Source: Candidatus Eiseniibacteriota bacterium (GTDB lineage: Bacteria > Eisenbacteria > RBG-16-71-46 > JABDJR01 > JAWXBZ01). Taken from it: 36,648 nt of DNA. The notes beneath the pieces were generated by a model. The model saw only the letters and a program-made list of their open reading frames with translations, searched no databases and was not told the DNA's origin. The stretch is taken from NCBI GenBank assembly GCA_034440375.1, contig JAWXBZ010000146.1, positions 1 through 36,648 of the forward strand, read 5' to 3'. Positions 1-8,949 of this stretch are shown here, piece after piece. How positions within the stretch are numbered: position 1 is the first letter of the stretch; each line of letters begins with the position of its first letter. The translations under genes and the position numbers were made by a program.

Positions 1-3
1 AGA

Positions 4-1096
4 TCAGGGTGCGTAGATCGGCGCGATCTGCGAGTCCACGGAGAAGCTGACAAGACCGCTTTCCCCGACCGCGAGACGTCGGCGATGGTGGGACGGCGGG
101 AGGTCGTTATTGGAGCTGTCCTCGATCGGCACGTCCCCCTCGCCGTAGCGTCCGACCTCGTATCCGGGCCGATTCAGAACGACCACCGCGCCTCGACCCG
201 TGTCCATGATATGGAGAAACCCGGCTCCGTCCGAGGCGATGGCGGCCGGAGCGACCAGATCGGCGGATTCAAGCACCGACCAGTCGTCCGCGGTGCCCCC
301 GGCGAATCGCAGATCGGCCTGACGGATGACACCGTCCGTATCCAGTAGCCAGGCGTGGCCGCGGGGATCGATGGCGACGTCAATGTAGGCGTGCTCTCCC
401 GGTGCTGGGAGCGTGAACGATTTTCCCGAGGTCCCGTCACGGCCCCGAATTTCGAGCGTGGCGGGGGCCGTATCCCGGCTGTTGACGAGAGGAGCCAGTC
501 CGCGATCCGCCAGTGGTTCAAAATCCCGCACGGAGACGGATTTTCTGGAAACCTGATTCGGCCACCTCGCGAGAGTGCGGCCGGACGGATCGATCAGTGT
601 GAAGAAACCGTCGTGCCCCAGGACCCACAGTCCTCCGTCACGGGCACCACGAAGTTTCGATATCCCCTGCCTGGGATCTGACGGGAAGGGGATCGCCTTT
701 GGATCGCCTCCCGAGCTGTCAAACGACTCAAGGAGCCGACGGTCGCTATCCCGGATGACCACCCGATCCGGCCCGAGGATTGCCACGTCATCAATGTGCA
801 GCACTTCACCGGGCCGGCTTAGCGGTAATCGTGAGAAGGCGAACATCCTCCCCTTCCATGTTGAATCGCCGGATCTGGCCGCCTTCCTGGTTGGCGAAAA
901 TGGTGCCATCCGACGCCACCTCCATCTCGACAATCGGCCCCAACCCGGTTCCCATCCCCACAGTGATCGCGCCGCGGCGAGTCGGGGGGGAGAATTCGTC
1001 TGGCGGGGAATCCGTGTCGTCGCCGCAGGCACCAAGCGACAGGAGCGCCGTGGAGGCGAGGAGTCGGAGCGGTTTGCGCCGGTGGACCCGAGTCAT
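4..1096 (-). pseudogene. NHL/six-bladed beta-propeller-like lipoprotein, split by a frameshift near 810-840
   Basis: ATG at 1096 gives MTRVHRRKPLRLLASTALLSLGAC (signal peptide, lipobox LGAC), which stops at 806. Propeller-like blades (IDDVAILGPDRVVIRD, IDVAIDPRGHAWLLD, PAAIASDGAGFLHIMD) continue in the frame of ORF 4..1035. Confidence 0.6.
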
Positions 1097-1214
1097 TTGT
1101 GACGACCTCCGGTTGATGGGGCGGGGTGGCCCAGCGGGGAGACTCCCTCCCACAACTATCTCATACCACCGGCCCTGCCGGACCTGCCCCACCCTCTGTT
1201 ACGCTCCCCGCCCC

Positions 1215-2768
1215 ATGTCAAAATCGCCTGTCCGACGAGCGCAGACATCCGCCAATCCGGCACCCGTGGTGCCGCACCAGCCCGCAGGCGCGCCAAAACG
1301 GACGCCGCCCGGCCCTCCACCGCTCACCATCGCCTTCGTCACCTCGGAACTGGCGCCCTTCGCGAAAGCCGGCGGCCTTGCCGACGTCTCGGCCTCGTTA
1401 CCGGCCTATCTTCACAAGGCCGGGCACGATGTCCGTGTCTTCGTGCCGTTGTATCAAAGCATTCAATGGGAGCGATTCGGGATTCGGCCGGTGGATGGAG
1501 TGCAGGGTATTGGTGTTCGGCTGGGCGAGGCGACTTATACATTTGATTTGATGACGGCACGCCTGCCGGGCACGGGGCTGGATGTCTACTTCGTTCATTG
1601 TCCGGCGCTGTACGGACGGCCCGGTACGTATACGAGCGATCCCGACGAGCACCGGCGCTTCCTGCTTCTCGGACGGGCCGCCATCGAATCGATGCAGCGG
1701 CTCGGCATCGCACCGGACATTGTGCATGTTCACGACTGGGCGACGGCCATCGTACCGCTCTATCTCAAGACCATGTACGCATGGGATCAGCTCTTCGCCA
1801 GGACGAAAACCGTGCTCACGATCCACAACATCGGCTACCAGGGGACTTTTGGCACCGAGATACTCAAGGAGCTGAACCCGATCGGCACGCAATACTTTGA
1901 CGGCGAGGACCTGCGCAACGGGCGGGTGAATCTGCTCAAGACGGGGCTGGTGCATGCGCACCAGTTGACGACCGTGAGTCCGACCTACGCGCGGGAAATC
2001 CAGACGCCCGAGTACGGCTACGGACTCGATGGGTTGCTGCGGATGCGCTCGGGGGATCTGGCCGGGATATTGAACGGAGTGGATTATTCACAATGGAATC
2101 CGGCAACAGATGTGCACCTGGCGGCGAACTATTCACCGGATGATCTTTCCGGGAAGGGCGTGAACAAGGAAGCGCTTCTGGCCGCCGTGGGTCTGGCGCC
2201 CGCTTCGCAGGCGCCCGTTGTTGGCATCGTGAGCCGGCTGGCGCATCAGAAGGGGCTGGACCTGCTGTTTGACACGATGCCGGCCCTGCTGAACCGCCGC
2301 GATTTCCGATTCGTTGCGCTGGGCAGCGGCGAGCCGAAGTACGAAGGATTTTTCAGAAGCCTGGTGATCCGGTATCCGGGGCGGGTGTCTTTCTACTCGG
2401 GGTACCAGGAAAAGCTGGCCCACCTGATCGAGGCCGGCGCCGACATGTTCGTCATGCCGAGCCGTTACGAGCCATGCGGGCTGAACCAGATGTACAGCCT
2501 CAAATACGGGACGATTCCGGTGGTTCGGAAAACCGGCGGCCTGGCCGATACCGTGGCGATGTACGACCCCGCGACCGGCCAGGGGAACGGCGTCCTCTTC
2601 GAACACTTCACCTCCGAGGGGCTCCACTGGGCCTTGGATACCGCCATGAACCTGTACCAGAGCGACGACGACTGGTATCGGATGATGCAAAATGGCATGG
2701 TGGCCGATTTTTCGTGGGAAGTCGAAGGGGCACGATACGTGGCGCTGTATCGGCGCCTGGGCACGTGA
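1215..2768 (+). CDS. glgA: Glycogen synthase (GT5, ADP-glucose type)
   Basis: AFVTSELAPFAKAGGLADV (KxGGL), HVHDW, TIHNIGYQG, GILNGVDY, SRLAHQKG, MPSRYEPCGLNQMY, VVRKTGGLADTV. Start placed at ATG 1215 rather than at 780. Confidence 0.96.
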   Translation: MSKSPVRRAQTSANPAPVVPHQPAGAPKRTPPGPPPLTIAFVTSELAPFAKAGGLADVSASLPAYLHKAGHDVRVFVPLYQSIQWERFGIRPVDGVQGIGVRLGEATYTFDLMTARLPGTGLDVYFVHCPALYGRPGTYTSDPDEHRRFLLLGRAAIESMQRLGIAPDIVHVHDWATAIVPLYLKTMYAWDQLFARTKTVLTIHNIGYQGTFGTEILKELNPIGTQYFDGEDLRNGRVNLLKTGLVHAHQLTTVSPTYAREIQTPEYGYGLDGLLRMRSGDLAGILNGVDYSQWNPATDVHLAANYSPDDLSGKGVNKEALLAAVGLAPASQAPVVGIVSRLAHQKGLDLLFDTMPALLNRRDFRFVALGSGEPKYEGFFRSLVIRYPGRVSFYSGYQEKLAHLIEAGADMFVMPSRYEPCGLNQMYSLKYGTIPVVRKTGGLADTVAMYDPATGQGNGVLFEHFTSEGLHWALDTAMNLYQSDDDWYRMMQNGMVADFSWEVEGARYVALYRRLGT

Positions 2769-2793
2769 TACCCGTCAGGAAGGGGTGACCGCA

Positions 2794-4017
2794 ATGCACG
2801 TCGTCTTCATCGAACCCAACTTTCCGGCCAACCAGCGGGAGTTCGTCCGGGCCCTGAAAGAAGTCGGCGCCGTCGTCACCGGAATCGGCGAGTGCCCCAA
2901 AGACAGTCTGGACCCGCAGTTGCGCGAGTGGCTCACTCACTACGAACAGGTGCCGTCGGTTGTTGATGACGGCGCTCTGCTCGGTGTCGTCAACTGGATA
3001 AAGGAGCGGTCCCGTATCGACCGGCTCGAAGCGGTCGTGGAGGCTCATATCCAGTCAGCCGCCCGGGTGCGTGCGGCGACCGGTATTTCCGGTACCAGCG
3101 AACGAACCGCCTTCCTCTGTCGGGACAAGCCGGCCATGAAAGAGGTCCTGCGCGCCGGCGGAATTTCCTGCGCGGCCTCGGAGGGCATCGATTCGGCCGA
3201 GGCGGCCCGCGAGTTCGCGGGGACGGTGGGCTACCCGGTCATCGTCAAGCCGCGTGCGGCGGCGGGTGCCTCGGGCACCTATCGCGCGGGTAACGCCGAC
3301 GAACTCGATGCGGTCATCCGAACCAGCGGACTCGACCGTGGGCAGCCGGCGGCAATCGAGGAGTTCATCGAGGGGCACGAGGGGTTCTACGACACGATCA
3401 CGATCGGCGGGCAGGTCGTCCACGAATTCGTCTCACATTATTATCCGAACGTCCTCGAAGCGATGCGTAATCGCTGGATCAGCCCGCAGTTCATCGCCAC
3501 CAACCGGATCGACTCGGCCGAAGGGTATGCCGGTGTGAAGGAAATGGGCCGGCGCGTTCTGCCGCTCCTTGGCATCGACACGTCGGCCACTCATATGGAG
3601 TGGTTCGCTGGACCCAGGGGGCTGAAATTCTCCGAGATCGGCTGCCGTCCGCCCGGCGTGCGCGCCTGGGATCTGTACGCAGCGGCGAACGACATGGACA
3701 TCTACAAGGAGTGGGCGATGGCCGTCTGCTGGGGGCGCTCCTCGCAACAGGCTTCTCGGCGATTCTCGGCGGGCATCATCGCGCTGCGCCCGGAGCAGGA
3801 TGGTTTGATCTGCGGCTACTCCGGGCTCGACGCGATCCAAAGGGCCTTCGGGTCGTGGATCATCGATTACCACCTGCCACCCGACGGAACGCCGACGCAG
3901 CCGGTTGAGGCCGGCTACATGGCCAACGCCTGGGTCCAGATGAAACACCCCGACTACGACGAGCTGCGCCGAATGCTGAACCTGGTCGGCGAAACGGTCC
4001 GGGTGCACGCCCGTTGA
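2794..4017 (+). CDS. ATP-grasp domain protein (putative carboxylate-amine ligase)
   Basis: RDKPAMKE, GYPVIVKPRAAAGASGT, IEEFIEGHE, THMEWF, FSEIGCRPPG. AGGAAGGGG upstream of ATG 2794. Confidence 0.88.
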   Translation: MHVVFIEPNFPANQREFVRALKEVGAVVTGIGECPKDSLDPQLREWLTHYEQVPSVVDDGALLGVVNWIKERSRIDRLEAVVEAHIQSAARVRAATGISGTSERTAFLCRDKPAMKEVLRAGGISCAASEGIDSAEAAREFAGTVGYPVIVKPRAAAGASGTYRAGNADELDAVIRTSGLDRGQPAAIEEFIEGHEGFYDTITIGGQVVHEFVSHYYPNVLEAMRNRWISPQFIATNRIDSAEGYAGVKEMGRRVLPLLGIDTSATHMEWFAGPRGLKFSEIGCRPPGVRAWDLYAAANDMDIYKEWAMAVCWGRSSQQASRRFSAGIIALRPEQDGLICGYSGLDAIQRAFGSWIIDYHLPPDGTPTQPVEAGYMANAWVQMKHPDYDELRRMLNLVGETVRVHAR

Positions 4018-4991
4018 CGACATCCCCCGCCGCCGGTTCCACCGACATCGTCACCCTGCTCGGGCCGCAACGATTTCAGCGGACACTGCATGACGTGCTC
4101 CGGTCGCGCCAGATTGACGGCCCCGTGGCCGTGATCACCGCCGGGTGGCAGGAGCGCGAGCATGACGACCAGGAACTGCGGGACCACCTGGGCGGACGCG
4201 CCCTCAACCTGGAACTGCATACACGCACCGAGCGGATCTTCGACCACGACCCGGAGTTCGCTGCGGCACACCATGAGAAGCAGGCCATGTTGAAGGGCAT
4301 TCAGGAGCTTTACGACCTGCGCCTCGGGCATGTCATGGAGGGGGCCCGCCAGTTGCTCAAGCGGCGGGGCGATCTCAAGGTGCTCGGTCCCGAACGACTC
4401 GAAGCCCTGGAGGATGTGCGCGGCCTGGACCGGCGTCATCTCGATAGAATCCGGCAGGTTCATGTCGAGTTCGAGCAAATTTGGAATCCCGGCCGGCGCC
4501 CGGCAATCCTGGCCCAACGGGCGGAGGTTGAGCAAATGGTGCGACGCTCATCGGCCATTGCCATCGCCGGCGGTCATGTGGCCGTGCTGCTCAACCGCCT
4601 GCGCCTGTTCGGCTTAGGTCCCCTGGCGGCCGGCCGGCCGGTCATCGCCTGGGCTGCCGGCGCCATGGCGATCGCCGAGCGGGTCGTCCTGTTCTACGAC
4701 GATCCGCCGCACGGCCCGGGCAACGCCGAGGTGCTGGACGAGGGGCTCGGCCTGGTACGCAACATCGTGCCGCTGCCGCACGCCGGCGTCCGGCTCAAAC
4801 TGGAAGACAAATCCAGGGTGGCGCTCTTCGCCAGTCGCTTCGCCCCGGCGGAATGCCTCACGCTCGATCCTGGTGCCCGCCTCGACTGGCAGGATGGCCG
4901 CGTCGTCCCGGTGGCGGATGAAACGTTTGGAGGCCCGCGCCATGTGTTTCAACTCCGTCCCGATGGCGAGCTCTCGGTGGTCAAGGCATGA
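4014..4991 (+). CDS. Peptidase S51 (dipeptidase E/cyanophycinase)-like, class I glutamine amidotransferase-like fold
   Basis: VAVITAG, AIAIAGGH, VIAWAAGAMA (S51 nucleophile elbow, normally xSAGA), GLGLV..LPH. TTGA overlap with the upstream stop. Confidence 0.7.
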   Translation: MTTSPAAGSTDIVTLLGPQRFQRTLHDVLRSRQIDGPVAVITAGWQEREHDDQELRDHLGGRALNLELHTRTERIFDHDPEFAAAHHEKQAMLKGIQELYDLRLGHVMEGARQLLKRRGDLKVLGPERLEALEDVRGLDRRHLDRIRQVHVEFEQIWNPGRRPAILAQRAEVEQMVRRSSAIAIAGGHVAVLLNRLRLFGLGPLAAGRPVIAWAAGAMAIAERVVLFYDDPPHGPGNAEVLDEGLGLVRNIVPLPHAGVRLKLEDKSRVALFASRFAPAECLTLDPGARLDWQDGRVVPVADETFGGPRHVFQLRPDGELSVVKA

Positions 4992-6154
4992 ACCCGCAGC
5001 TCCCGGCCGGATGGGCCGGATCCGACGCCTTTCGCCGCTTCGCGGACCAACCGCTGGTCACGGCGGAGGCCGTTGATGCCTTCCTTGCCAGCCACCCGAT
5101 GCCGATCGTGGAGGGCTCCAACTGCACCTTCGTCTGGCGGGGCGAGGCGGACGAGGTTCGCCTGCGCCACTGGATCTTCGGCCTGGCCACCGCCCAGCCG
5201 TTCATGAGGCTGATCGGAACCGATCTATGGTTCATCACCATGGAACTGCCCGTCAAAAGCCGCGTCGAGTACAAGATCGAGGTGGAGCGGGGGGGGCGGG
5301 TCGAATTGCAGATGGACCCGCTGAATTCCATGATGGCCCGCGACCCGTTCGGGGCCAATTCCGTGGTGTCCGGTACCGGCTATGAGGTTCCCGACTGGGT
5401 CCGGTTCGACCCCGATGCACGCCCCGGCAATCTCGAGGATCTGGTCGTGAGGAGCCCGGCCATGGGGCGCGATCAGCATGTCATGCTGTATCTGCCGGCC
5501 CGATTCCGGCGCACCCGCCGCTATCCCCTCCTGGTCGTGCACGATGGTGGCGATTTCCTGGAGTACTCCGGGATGAAGACGATCCTTGACAACCTGATCC
5601 ACCGTTTCGAGATTCCGGAGATGATCGTGGCCTTTACCTATCCGGGGCAGCGTCTGGTCGAGTACGCGCACGACGAGGTTCACGCGCGGTGGCTGACCGA
5701 GGACCTGGTGCCGAAACTCGAGGCCAACTACCCGGTGTCCAGTCGTGCCGAAGAGCGGGGCCTGATGGGCGCCTCGTTTGGCGCGGTGGCCAGTTTTTCA
5801 GCGGCCTGCCGCTACCCGGGGTTCTTCGGCCGGCTTTTTCTGCTGTCCGGTTCGTTTGCCTTCACCGACATCGGCCGGCACCAGCGTGGCCCCTACTTCG
5901 ATCCGGTGGTGGAGTTCATCAACGGCTATCGAATGAACCCGCTGGCGGTGAGCAGCCGGGTGATGGTGACCTGCGGCACCTACGAATCGCTGATCTACGA
6001 GAATCGGAGCTTCATTCCCCTGCTCCAGAGCACCGGGATGGAGGTTCGATACACTGAGGCCCGCGACGGCCACAACTGGGAAAACTGGCGGGATCGCCAG
6101 CGGGAGGGGCTGGCCTGGCTGTTTCCAGGACCCCTCTGGATGGTGTATTTATAG
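4988..6154 (+). CDS. Fes/antigen-85-type alpha/beta-hydrolase (putative esterase) with N-terminal Ig-like (E-set/CBM48-like) domain
   Basis: YLPARF..RYPLLVVHDG, GASFG nucleophile, DGHNWENW catalytic His. N-terminal TFVWRGEADEV...LW...EYKI...DPLN pattern. ATGA overlap. Confidence 0.88.
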   Translation: MNPQLPAGWAGSDAFRRFADQPLVTAEAVDAFLASHPMPIVEGSNCTFVWRGEADEVRLRHWIFGLATAQPFMRLIGTDLWFITMELPVKSRVEYKIEVERGGRVELQMDPLNSMMARDPFGANSVVSGTGYEVPDWVRFDPDARPGNLEDLVVRSPAMGRDQHVMLYLPARFRRTRRYPLLVVHDGGDFLEYSGMKTILDNLIHRFEIPEMIVAFTYPGQRLVEYAHDEVHARWLTEDLVPKLEANYPVSSRAEERGLMGASFGAVASFSAACRYPGFFGRLFLLSGSFAFTDIGRHQRGPYFDPVVEFINGYRMNPLAVSSRVMVTCGTYESLIYENRSFIPLLQSTGMEVRYTEARDGHNWENWRDRQREGLAWLFPGPLWMVYL

Positions 6155-6231
6155 GGGTTCAAATCCCATTGTGACACGTCGCCGCGCACCGCCTCCGGTC
6201 GCGCGACTCCTTTCGAATCGAGGTCAACCTC

Positions 6232-7707
6232 ATGCCATCCGTCACCCGACGCATCGGGCTTTCCCTGGGCGCCGACATCTGCTGGCCCATCTGCTACGAA
6301 GAGATCCTGAAGCGGCTTGATCTGAACCTGTCGATCGGCAAGGACAGCGTCCGTTTCGAGGTCGAGCGGGTTTCCATCGAACCGTACAGCCTGTCGGGGC
6401 CGGCCAAGTACGACCTGGTCGTCGACCGCCTGACGCACTGGTACCACGTCAGCCGCGAATGGATCAAGAAATCGATCCTTGCCGATGACCTGTACGTCTT
6501 CAACAACCCATGGTCGATCCAGTCCAACGAAAAGCACACCAGCTACGCGGCCATGATGGCGCTGGGCTTCCCCATTCCTGAAACGTGGATGGTGCCGCCG
6601 AAGGAGTACGAACCGAAGGCCGATCTGGACGTCACACTCAAGAGTTACGCGCGCATGTTCGACCTGGGCGAAATCGGCCAGAAGATCGGCTACCCGCTCT
6701 TCATGAAACCGTACGACGGCGGTGGCTGGGTCGGAGTGTCCAGGATCACCAATGACGACTCACTCCGCGCTGCCTACGAACTCAGCGGTCGCCACATCAT
6801 GCACCTGCAGAAGGCTGTCGACCCGTTCGACCTCTTCGTCCGGGTGATCGGATTCGGACCGCAAACGTATTTCATCAAGTACGACGCGTCCAGGCCGCTC
6901 CACGACCGCTACACGATGGAGGAGAACTTCCTCACGCCGGCCGATCGAGAGCTCCTGGCCGACATGACGCTGACGATCAACGCCTTCTTCGGCTGGGATT
7001 TCAATTCGTGCGAGGTCCTGCGTCAGAATGGCCAGTGGTTTCCGATCGACTTTGCCAACGCCTGTCCGGACAGCCAGGTGACCTCGCTGCACTACCACTT
7101 TCCCTGGCTGGTCGTGGCCAATCTGAAGTGGTCGATTTACGTGGCCGCCACGCGCCGGAAGATGCGGAAGAACCTTGACTGGGAGCCGTTCTACGCAATC
7201 GCACGGACCGACGCGCCGTTTCGGGAAAAGCTCTCGCAGTACGCGGCGATCGCCCGTAAGCACTTCGAGCTCGATCACTTTCAGGAGTTCTGCGATCGCC
7301 ACCTCCCGCACCTCGAGGAAGCGGCCTGGGAATTCTTCGCCTCGGACATCGCCCGTCAGGCCGTGCAGCAAAAGACCGCCGCACTGTTCCCGGCCCACGA
7401 GGTGGAAACCTATACCGACCTCTTCTTCAGCCGCATCCAGATGTGGCGGGAACGAAGCTTCGATCGCATCCAACGGGAGAAGGCCGAGGCGATGAATCGA
7501 ATGCTGGGCACGCACCCGAAGGAGCCGGCGGTGACCCGTTCGGTGGCGCCGGCGAAACCGGTATCCCGAAACACGGCCGTCGTCCAACCGGCCCCAAGGG
7601 CCGTCAAGGCCGTCGCTCCCAGGGCCGCGACATCGGCCCGTCCGGCCACGCCATCTCCGGCCACGCCACCCGGAAAATCCACACCGACTCGGAAAGGACG
7701 GGCCTGA
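6232..7707 (+). CDS. RimK/glutathione-synthase-like ATP-grasp protein with Pro/Ala/Lys/Arg-rich C-terminal tail
   Basis: YVFNNP, NEKHT, PIPETW, GYPLFMKPYDGGGWVGV, HLQKAV, FNSCE, PIDFANACPD. Confidence 0.82.
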   Translation: MPSVTRRIGLSLGADICWPICYEEILKRLDLNLSIGKDSVRFEVERVSIEPYSLSGPAKYDLVVDRLTHWYHVSREWIKKSILADDLYVFNNPWSIQSNEKHTSYAAMMALGFPIPETWMVPPKEYEPKADLDVTLKSYARMFDLGEIGQKIGYPLFMKPYDGGGWVGVSRITNDDSLRAAYELSGRHIMHLQKAVDPFDLFVRVIGFGPQTYFIKYDASRPLHDRYTMEENFLTPADRELLADMTLTINAFFGWDFNSCEVLRQNGQWFPIDFANACPDSQVTSLHYHFPWLVVANLKWSIYVAATRRKMRKNLDWEPFYAIARTDAPFREKLSQYAAIARKHFELDHFQEFCDRHLPHLEEAAWEFFASDIARQAVQQKTAALFPAHEVETYTDLFFSRIQMWRERSFDRIQREKAEAMNRMLGTHPKEPAVTRSVAPAKPVSRNTAVVQPAPRAVKAVAPRAATSARPATPSPATPPGKSTPTRKGRA

Positions 7708-7709
7708 TC

Positions 7710-8438
7710 GTGAAGGAGGTGAACCGCTGGTATTCGGATCGCATCAAGCAGGACATCACCGTGGTTCGATGGGGACACTTCGGCACTCCGGTGCTGCTCT
7801 TTCCCACTGCCGGCGGTGACGCCGAGGAAATTGAGCGCTTTCACCTGGTGCGGGTCATCCAGCCGCTGATCGACGCCGGACGGGTCAAGATCTACTCCTG
7901 CGATTCGAGCGCCGGCCGTACCATCCTCGAGGGTCACAACAGCCGCCACTGCGCCTGGATGCTGAACCAGTACCAGAACTTTATCCGCCACGAACTGGTA
8001 CCGGCCATCCGGATGGATTGCCAGGACCCCGACATCGAGGTGATTGCCGCCGGAGCGTCCATCGGAGCCTTCAACAGCCTGGCCATCCTGGCCCGCTACC
8101 CGGAGGTCTTTCGGGCTGCCATCTGCATGAGCGGTACGTATGACATGGATCGATTCCTGCCGGGCGAAACGAGCGAGGACTACTACTATTCCTCCCCACT
8201 CCACTTCCTGCCCGGCCTGGGTGGCGACACGCTCGAGAAGCTCAAGACGCGCTTCGTTCTCCTGGCATCCGGCGAAGGCCGCGCCGAGAACATCGGCGAA
8301 TCATGGCGCGTGGCCCACATCCTGGGCCAGCTTGGCGTCCCCAACCGTGTCGACTCCTGGGGCGCCGAGTGGCACCACGATTGGCCCACCTGGCGAAACA
8401 TGATGCCGAAGTACCTGGAGGAGCTGGTTCCGGCCTGA
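7710..8438 (+). CDS. Putative esterase (alpha/beta-hydrolase, Fes/antigen-85-like family)
   Basis: WGHFGTPVLLFPTAGGD, GASIG nucleophile, AICMSG, HHDWPTW. GTG start 2 nt after the upstream stop, preceded by GGAAAGGA. Confidence 0.88.
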   Translation: MKEVNRWYSDRIKQDITVVRWGHFGTPVLLFPTAGGDAEEIERFHLVRVIQPLIDAGRVKIYSCDSSAGRTILEGHNSRHCAWMLNQYQNFIRHELVPAIRMDCQDPDIEVIAAGASIGAFNSLAILARYPEVFRAAICMSGTYDMDRFLPGETSEDYYYSSPLHFLPGLGGDTLEKLKTRFVLLASGEGRAENIGESWRVAHILGQLGVPNRVDSWGAEWHHDWPTWRNMMPKYLEELVPA

Positions 8439-8491
8439 TTCACAACGGAGCCGATACTCCCGGTTTTCTACTTGACTGCCGATACCCCGGC

Positions 8492-8763
8492 TCAGTTCAG
8501 AAGTGTCTTGATCGCCGTCCAAGTGGTCGGAAGAATTGTCACCGGATCGCCGACACGCGTACCGGTCGTCCGGCAGCACATGTCTTCCGGATCGTTGCAT
8601 CGGAAAGGGGCGCAGGGGCCCGGGCCAATTTCAAAGTCGACAAAGATGTCGAAGAAACTGTCGACAGCGCCGGCGGCATCCGGAGTCATGTCATGCAGTT
8701 CGATAAAGACGTCGAAGAACGACATCCGACCGCCCGGCGACACACGGTGACAGTACGTTTCAT
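8492..8763 (-). pseudogene. Remnant of a secreted protein with C-terminal PTTWTAIKTL motif, probably internally deleted
   Basis: GGGAGG RBS and ATG at 8763 (MKRTVTV...) are out of frame with the downstream SFFDVFIE...DSFFDIFVD...PVTILPTTWTAIKTLLN* segment. Confidence 0.5.
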
Positions 8764-8832
8764 GAAAAGGGGTCCTCCCGGGAAGCGGGGACTTGGGCAG
8801 CCGTGGCGATGGAATTCGTCACTGGGCCAATT

Positions 8833-8871
8833 TGACTCAATTATGTCACAGGATTGTCGCTGATCTGTCGC
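8833..8871 (+). promoter_or_regulatory. Four 11-bp-phased direct repeats (TGACTC, TGTCAC, TGTCGC, TGTCGC); putative transcription-factor site
   Basis: Hexamers start at 8833, 8844, 8855 and 8866. TGAC-N8-GTCA at 8833-8848 is also an inverted repeat. Confidence 0.45.
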
Positions 8872-8933
8872 CAATGCCGGGATTTCCTCATTATGCCAAT
8901 CAGTAACCTCTTTGGTAGTGTCAGAATCCGGAA

Positions 8934-8949
8934 TGGCGTGGCCGTTGCG
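8934..8949 (+). promoter_or_regulatory. Putative sigma54 (-24/-12) promoter
   Basis: TGGCGTGGCCGTTGCG has exact GG-N10-GC spacing with TGGC and TTGC boxes, about 65 nt upstream of the TTG at 9014. Confidence 0.5.

Noticed and set aside
6154-6175. GGGGTTCAAATCCC resembling a tRNA T-arm
   Set aside because: No acceptor, D or anticodon arms can be formed, and the upstream sequence is esterase coding region.
2794-7707. ATP-grasp genes as a graspetide/microviridin RiPP cluster or cyanophycin synthetase
   Set aside because: No repeat-core precursor peptide or transporter is seen, and there is no Mur-ligase domain as in CphA.
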